Below are positions 56,960-64,000 of a DNA stretch of 64,000 bases, in pieces; the first letter of the stretch is position 1, and every line of letters begins with the position of its first letter. Made by a program: the position numbers and the translations under genes. A model generated the notes under the pieces. That model was not told the origin of the DNA, searched no databases, and was given only the letters and a program-made list of their open reading frames with translations. Origin of the DNA: Oikopleura dioica (lineage: Eukaryota > Animalia > Chordata); assembly GCA_907165135.1 (NCBI GenBank), contig OU015567.1, forward strand, positions 6,634,001-6,698,000. The letters are read 5' to 3'.

Positions 56960-59852
56960 TTAATCGAAGGAGATTAGTTGAGCTTCCTCAACCGGCTCTG
57001 GCTGGGGCTGAGCTTGTGCTGCTGGAGCGGGTTGAGGAACTTCGTGAGTAGGAACTTGAGGCATTTGGGGGATCTCTTGGGGGATCATCTGAGGCTGGGG
57101 AGGGCCGCCATGCCCTTGGGGATTCTGTGGCTGGGCTTGAGGATCGTATTGATGATAGCTTTGTTGTTGATATCCTGGAAAGATAAGTGTTAGTTGAAAT
57201 TAGATTGGTTTGAGTACCTTCTGGCGGAATATCCTGTCCCGGTGGAGGATAAAACGTTTGTTGCTGCCCGGGAACAGGTTGTGCTCCGTACTGCATCTGC
57301 CCGTGATAAGAAGGACCAGGAATAATCTGCGAAACGGGCTGGCCGTACTGCGAGGCGGGTGGGAACGTCTGCTGCATGTGGCGTTGCATTTGAAGCGCTC
57401 TGGAAGCTTCTCGTGTTGCTTGAAGTTGGGCTTGACTTTCAGCCATTCGGGCAAGGTTTGCTGCGCGCTGGTTCTCGAGGAATTCGCGCTTTTTCTGACG
57501 CATCAGCTCCAACTTTTGAGCTAAATAAAAAAAATTTATATTACGAAGAAAAAATACTGTTTTCTTTCATAAATAACTTACCAAGTAGAATCTGTCGCTG
57601 ACGTTCGGCCTCCTCGGCCTTTCGCCGCATTTCGGCTTTATGCTCTGTTCGCAGCGCATTGAGCGCGTTTCTTGCTTCGTGGATCATAGTCACCTAACAA
57701 ATACAAAACTGCGCGCCAAATTCAAATAATGAGGGAAAAGTTCTTACCTTGTCGTTGAGCTGCTCCCAGTGGGTTCGGCGTTCTTCGGCCTCTGCCATAT
57801 GCTGCAATAGAGTTGGTTGAAGATTTGAGACTTGTTGAAACAGAGTTTGTACAGTTGTATCGCTGGCAATCGGCTTTCCTCGCGCTGAAAATGAGATTTA
57901 TTTAAAATTCTACAATGATTCCCTTCGAAAACGCCTTTTTTATCCGACTTTTCTGCTCGAAAAAAGCATCGCTATCGTAAGAAATACCAGTAGTAGAATT
58001 TACCTTGGTTAGCTCGCATTCTGTTGGCAAAGATATCAAGAGAAGCGGACAAATTCTTCAAGAACTTTGCCTTTTCTTCCTTCTTCTTCTTATCTTCCTC
58101 GCTCTCACCGGACTGGAGGACAAATTCTTTCATATCTGGACTCGTGGTGCCAGTCGTTGCTTCGTTGTTTTCTACAGATGGGTGCGATTCTTCGGAATAA
58201 GGAGGAACTTCTTCTGTGGCTTTGTTTCGCTCTTCCCAATATGATCGATCGAGGTATTTCTGGAGGTTTTCGTCGTCTTCTGCTTCAAGGTTCGGCAACG
58301 CCTCCTCTGAAGAACTGTAACTTCTCGTAAATGCTCGAAATGTACCTGGTGTTTCAGTCTCTTCTGTTCGCTGAAGCTCGTCCGGATAGGAAGGTGGCGG
58401 GGCGGCTGCTTCAATGTTGGCTTTTTTATTCTGCTCCGCTTCGTCTAGCGACAGTGCAAGAGCCAATTCTAGCTCTTCTTGTTCTCTCAGGCGCAGTTCC
58501 TAAAAACGCCTTTTAATTCGGCCAGTTATTTTTAACCGTAGTAGATATCGTTTTGCCCGGTGGGCGATTTAGACTCTAAATTTTTCCAGATCTAAATCAA
58601 TTCCCCTATTTTACCTCATCTTTGGCTTTCTGCCTGCTTGCAGCTTTTGCTTCCTTTTGTTGAGAGCGTTTTGCATAATGCGCCAGAGCAGCGGCTTCGT
58701 TATTCTGCCAAGCATGCTCGTCCTCGAAAGTCACTCGTCTGTTGGAATTGCGCGATGATGAAGCTCGAAGACCCTGTAGTGATTCGTAGCAAGAGTCACA
58801 AACACGCACGGGTTTTTCAATGCCGAATCTAGAAATGAATTAAATCTTGGTCATGCAAAAGTCAGTCAGAATCGGGTTTGGTCTTCTTTCAATAAAGAAA
58901 ATTTACTTTGGAATGGTTGATGATTTTGATGAGCACTTTTCGCAGAAGATATTTCCACAGGCTCGGCAATGATGTTTTCTGTTGAATGTTGTGAAGGCTG
59001 CCTAAAGGTATTTCAAGATAATATCGGGTAGTTGGGTTGTTTCGGTGATAATTGACCTCGTGAGGTCATAGTCGTCTGTTGATCTCTGCTCCGCTGGGCA
59101 GAAATACATGTAAAAGCGTGTTACGTCAGAGAGCTAGGTTTAGAATAATTACGAATATCTACATTATGTGTTCAGTAGACCGTCGTGTTTTTTAATCATC
59201 CGTGGCTTTAAGCCCCGAAAAATAATTATAAATACTTCGATTTTCCTTCTAACTTATGGTTCTTCAAATCATACCTTGCAGTTGAAGCACTCATCCCCTT
59301 CTTTCCAAACAGGGGCGACAGCTGCATCGACAATAAGTTCGTTGTCTCCTTGTAACTCTGGGAAATCGTATCCTTCCGCTTTCATGACGTTGAAAACATC
59401 TGTGGCGACTTTGAACTCGGCTTTGGTGCGCCCTGCTATCCCCCAGAGCTGGATCATTTCCAGGATTTTCTTGGTTACATCTTCTGATACGCTTCCTTTC
59501 TTTCAAAAAGGGATGAAACTTTTTATTATCGTGGAAATGATTCAATTGATGATCCCCTTTCCTGGACAGTATCTCTAAACTGCTCCAACAGCTCATGTTT
59601 GATCACTTCTTGATGAACCGGCGGGCCGCAATTTTTTACTACAGTATCAAGGACGCAAAAGCCATAGAATTGCTGGTATGGGTTTGTGTGATTCAAAGTT
59701 TTGAGAATGTAAGAGACTGCTTCTCGAGCTTTGATTTCGTTGCCTCTGATCATGTCGCAAAGTTGAAGCATTGCCTGCCAGTCTGGTTCGAGCAAAGTGT
59801 TGGCGGTGCATTTGTCCAGGAGCTTTTCGAAGTTGGATTTGAAAATACCCAT
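56960..59852 (-). CDS. HGS: Hrs / HGF-regulated tyrosine kinase substrate (VHS, FYVE, UIM, coiled coil, P/Q-rich tail)
   Basis: [62 protein letters not shown], terminal AQLISFD*. Confidence 0.95.
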
Positions 59853-60100
59853 TCTTTGATCAATTCTTATGTTCAAATGTCAATATTAGTCTTCTATGAT
59901 TTCAAGAAAAAGACGAAATTTACAGTTATTCGCTACTGGTGCTTTCTCTTTCTGAAATTGCTCAGCTACGAAGAAAAAAGGGATGAGAGCTATTTCAGAA
60001 AGAAAAAGTATCGAAAAAGAGGAAAGGGTATTTGAAGAAAATCAAGAAAAGTGTGCAGTAAAAGCTGAAGAGTAAATGTTAAAGAGAATAGAAGGGGATT

Positions 60101-60311
60101 TCATTTGACTTTGAGAACTACTAAAAGAAACGTAATGAATAGAATGATGAGAACAAAAAAGATGTCGAGGGGCGCGCTGTGTTCGACTCCAGTGGCGAAG
60201 AGGGCAGCTCCAAGGATGCAGATGAAAAACGGCAGGACGAGAAGTCCTTTCAAAAGGGGCTAAAAGCGATGGTTTGTCAAAAAGATTGGAGTGTTTTTTT
60301 ACCTCAAACAT
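60101..60311 (-). CDS. Small two-TM membrane peptide (about 55 aa after removing a 43-nt intron)
   Basis: ATGTTTGAG|gt...ag|PLLKGLLVLPFFICILGAALFATGVEHSAPLDIFFVLIILFITFLLVVLKVK*. Confidence 0.5.
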
Positions 60312-60514
60312 GGTTTTACCAGTCTTGGGCCTTCATAACTCGAGTTTGTACAATTTGAAATCGATTCTAGCGCGGCATAAAAGCGGTAGAAAGTTGCTCT
60401 CTTTCTCTCTGAAAATTCCGTTTACGAGCTTATATTTATAGAAAAATAATTCTCATTTGGTGAGTACAAAAGTAGAGGTAAAAAAATAATACAGGACTCC
60501 TGGAGTGATAATAG

Positions 60515-63500
60515 TTAGGCGCATTTTTCGTTGAACTTTTCGACGACTTCTGAAAACAGTCTAAAATCGGTTAGAGAGCGTCTCTTTTCTAAGAAAATGT
60601 ACCTCTTGGAAATGGCAGATTCTTTATTAGTCGAGGCTGGGAAGGTACTCAAAACGGTCTTGAAAGTGCTCTTGATCGACATGGTCAGTTGAGAATTCCT
60701 CTGAAAACGAGTGATGAAAATAGGGAGCTTTTTTAGCTTGTACCTTATCAACAATATTGAGGAATAATTTGGCAATATGCGTAGCTAATTCCCAGTCCTC
60801 GAATTCGACTATCGCTGCTTTCAGATTTTCAATTCCACTTTGCTCATTCCGTAATAAAGAAGGCAAAAGATCGAAGTTGGAAGACAAGTTGGTGAGAATG
60901 CCGACAGTGTACGAAACAAGAGTAGAATCAGGTGATTCCAGAAAGGTGACAAACAACGCCAAGTCGATTTCTTTGACGATTATTGATTTGACCGTTTCTT
61001 CGCGAGAAAGATTCGCGAGCGCGCGACAGACTTCGCAGACCGTAGACAGTTTTGAGTTGAGAAGACAACTGACCATTACTTTCATGATTTCTTCCATTTG
61101 AAGCGCGGAGTTTTTAGGAAAGAAGAAGCATGTATTTGTGATGACTGTAACACTAAATCTTGTGATTTCGTCTGGCCGGCCGAACCAACTTTTGCTCTCG
61201 ACAGAGCATTTCAGGACGTCGACTACTTTTCTCATGAGACCGCTTTCGTCTAGCACTGACTTCGCTGTTGCCTCTTCCAGGGACAAATTCGCGCAAACAC
61301 GCAATGCTTTTAACAAAACATCTTCTTCCTCCTTTGCTAGTTTATCATTAGCCGTTGCTCGCTTGAGATACAAACTCAGAACGCGTCGAACTGTAGCCAA
61401 GAATTTCAGATTATGAATCGAGTTCACCGCAGCATTTCCAACTGCAAAGAGGAAGTGGACAATCAGGCTTGGACTGCGGATGAATTTTTCTATTCCTTGC
61501 GCTATATGCAGTATCCATTTGGGTTCGATACTGTGGATCAGCGAGCAGACATTTGGATTATTCGTTGCTAAAAAAGGGTTTTAGTATTTATTCAAGGGGG
61601 AACTATTTAAGATCAAGCGGCTCTAGTTCGTCTTCTATGATTGTAAGAGAAGGATAAAAAGAGACAGCCGATTGCGATTTTCATCACAAAATTCTGCCTA
61701 TTTTTAAGCGTAAAAATAACGAAAAGCAAAAAAATAGACAGGAAGCAAGAGCTGAGTTTAAATAAATTCCATTGAAAAAATAAACTTTATTTCCGCTTAA
61801 CTACTTATTTCGCGGTAATACGTTAAATTCTTATCGTATATAATCAAGCTCTCTCGAGTATGAACCACCAATAAAAAAAAATGATCTCGTTGACAGAGTT
61901 TTTCCAGCACTTCACCCCTGAGCAAGCGGCTAGGTTTCAAAATGCTCTCAAGGATCTCAAAGAATCCTACGACATTCTTGATGCTGAGCAGAGGGAATTC
62001 TTCATTAGTCAATTTGTTGCGGCTATATCCGGTGATGCCCAAGATGGCCAAAATGACAATGTTGACGGCAATAAGGTGCCCAAAATGCCCGTTAATCCAG
62101 TAACAGAGGATCTCGTCTATCGTTTTACGAACGCCTTTGGACTCAATGTACCTCTTTATGAATTGTTCGGCTGAGATGGCGAAAAAACTCTTCATCATCA
62201 TTTTGATTCTAATTTGAAAAGAAGAAAATGGGAAAAAAACCTTTTTCTGTCTTTTAAAATTTTAATTGAAACAAAAACATGGCTATACCAGTCTTGTTAC
62301 TTCAAAACTTGAGTTAAAAAAAAGAAAAATAAACTTCATAAAAAGAGTTCTTTGGAACTGACTTTATGAGTGAAAAATAGACAGGAAGAATAAGCCGGGT
62401 CCATATTTAATAAAATAGCTTAACTTCCGCCTGGATCCGTATATAATCAAGCTTTATCGAGCGAGGACAACATTGAGAAAAGAAACATGATCTCGTTTCA
62501 AGAGTTTTTTGAGGGGCTAAAGCCTGAGCAAGTTGCTAAGTTTCACAATGCTTTCAGGGATCTCAAAGAAACCTTTGAGATTCTAAATGATGCGCAGAAG
62601 GAGTTTTTCGATGCAATGCTTCGTGAGGCTGTCATGGGAGATGACAACGACAGTTACAGTACACATGTTACAGAAGAGGATATTGAAAAAAGATTCAATA
62701 AAATACAAAACAATACGATGTCATCGAACTCATTCAGTCAGTTAGAGCGTCGATTTAAAGAGGCCATAAACGAAGCCTATAAGTATTCAGTACCATCAAT
62801 CTATGGTGTGCTGTCTCCAAGAGACAAACCTATAGTTTCTGTCAAACATAAAAAAATCGAAATATAATTCAGATTAATCGAATAAAAAAAACAATAAAGA
62901 TTAATACAAAAAACTCTCTTTTCCTGTCTATTTTCAATTATTTTACATATTTGAGAAATGTACATAGAAATGACTTACTTTTGCTTAGCAATCTAGCGAC
63001 AATGAAAGTAATATCTTCAGAATCGGAGAACACGCGCAGGGATTTGAAGCACGATTGGAATAAATTCGGACTTTCTTCAATTGCTTTCGCTGTGGTGTTG
63101 ACATTCAAGAGTTCTCTGAGAACAAGGAGGAGGAATTGAACTCGTCTTTCGTTCCCCTTTTGAAGGAGAAAGGTCCCTTCTGCTTCTAACCGCTCTGTTT
63201 CTAGGAGAATGCGACTGACAGCTCGTTCTATTTGGTTGGGAAGAGAGATCTGACATGCTTCTGCAGCTTGAACTAGACGAGATGGATTAGACATGACGAG
63301 ATCTTTGAGGGAAATTATCAGCATTTCATCCGCTTCGGATATTTTTGAGATCAAACACTCGGCCATTTCGCTGGTTGAAAAGAAGAAATCCGCGTCTCTG
63401 GATAATTTGTAGATTTGAGTTCCATACACGGATAGATTAACTGGGCCCAGTTCGATGCGTTTCATTATTCTGACTATTTCTGCTCGCTGAAGTGGCTAGA

Positions 63501-64000
63501 AAAGAGACGGTAAAGACAGAAAAGAGACGAAAAGACACCTTTGATTCGGGGTAAGCAAGCATTGAAGAGCATATTGATAAGATACTTTCTTGATTCTTGG
63601 AAATACTTTTCGGCCTTTCGTCCATTTTTGCTATCAGTTTTGAAGAAAGAGACAATTGGGCGTCAAGAGCTGACTAGAAATCAGGTAAAAATTGGTTCTT
63701 CGAATAAAGCTTACGTTTTTCATTGTCTTGACGAACTGAGTTAGTCCGGTCGAATTTGCTTCTAGGCTACTGACTACTGAAACTGATCGAAGAAGAGAAT
63801 TCTCCGGTGAATCTCTATCTTTAGAGCCGATGGGTTGGAGCCTCGAAGGTCGCGTTTGCAGAGAGCCTGTTTTAGGCCTCCGCTCATTTTGGATGATCCG
63901 AGGAGTTCTTCTTCCAGACAAGCTTTCTAAAGGGAAGGTATAAAGAGAGTCATTTGGAGACATAGAAAAGTCTCTTTCGAATGAAGAGACCTTGTAGATC
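60515..64000 (-). CDS. ARMC2: Armadillo-repeat protein ARMC2-like; 5' end beyond the window
   Basis: NLSVYGTQIYKLSR, LIVHFLFAVGN, EDVLLKALRVCANLS, EVCRALANLSRE, YTVGILTNLS, DWELATHIAKLFLN parallel recalled ARMC2 repeats. Confidence 0.75.
61881..62174 (+). CDS. Orphan 97-aa protein, nested paralog A (antisense within ARMC2 intron)
   Basis: MISLTEFFQHFTPEQAARFQNALKDLKESYDILDAEQREFF; upstream GTATATAATCAAGCT. Confidence 0.7.
   Translation: MISLTEFFQHFTPEQAARFQNALKDLKESYDILDAEQREFFISQFVAAISGDAQDGQNDNVDGNKVPKMPVNPVTEDLVYRFTNAFGLNVPLYELFG
62487..62867 (+). CDS. Orphan 126-aa protein, nested paralog B (antisense within ARMC2 intron)
   Basis: MISFQEFFEGLKPEQVAKFHNAFRDLKETFEILNDAQKEFF; same upstream GTATATAATCAAGCT. 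Confidence 0.7.
   Translation: MISFQEFFEGLKPEQVAKFHNAFRDLKETFEILNDAQKEFFDAMLREAVMGDDNDSYSTHVTEEDIEKRFNKIQNNTMSSNSFSQLERRFKEAINEAYKYSVPSIYGVLSPRDKPIVSVKHKKIEI

Noticed and set aside
61797-62201. 134-aa minus-strand ORF as an ARMC2 exon
   Set aside because: It is antisense to paralog A; ARMC2 homology is continuous without it across the 62978-61568 intron
1-64000. Autonomous transposase, reverse transcriptase or bacterial contamination
   Set aside because: No DDE or RT motifs in the ORF track; even the bacterial-type PLC has spliceosomal introns and host MITEs

Overview
Compact, intron-rich eukaryotic genomic DNA. It is most consistent with the appendicularian tunicate Oikopleura (inference from about 40-60 nt introns, many GA-AG donors, same-strand gene runs with 70-280 bp gaps, a solitary posterior Hox gene and an intronless divergent FGF). 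About 35 protein-coding genes were reconstructed by eye. Recognisable ones: EXOC7, NDUFAF8, DDX56, PGM3, a Hox13-like gene, LIPT1, an Emi1/Emi2-type F-box gene, a trypsin-like protease, a large mucin, a K2P channel, a GT49 glycosyltransferase, an FGF, EIF3H, HGS and ARMC2. Many MITE-like inverted repeats sit mostly in introns. Highlights: (1) a tandem array of four fast-diverging genes fusing a HIRIP3-N/DEK_C-like helical domain to a coiled coil, each with a cloned TCTAGA-containing promoter; (2) a membrane-anchored bacterial-type PI-PLC (horizontal-transfer candidate) with two duplicated 78-nt exons only 22 nt apart, i.e. candidate sterically enforced mutually exclusive exons; (3) a PTH2 pseudoenzyme; (4) two orphan paralogs nested antisense in an ARMC2 intron. 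Homologies are from recalled family motifs, not database searches. No tRNA, rRNA or CRISPR array was recognised.
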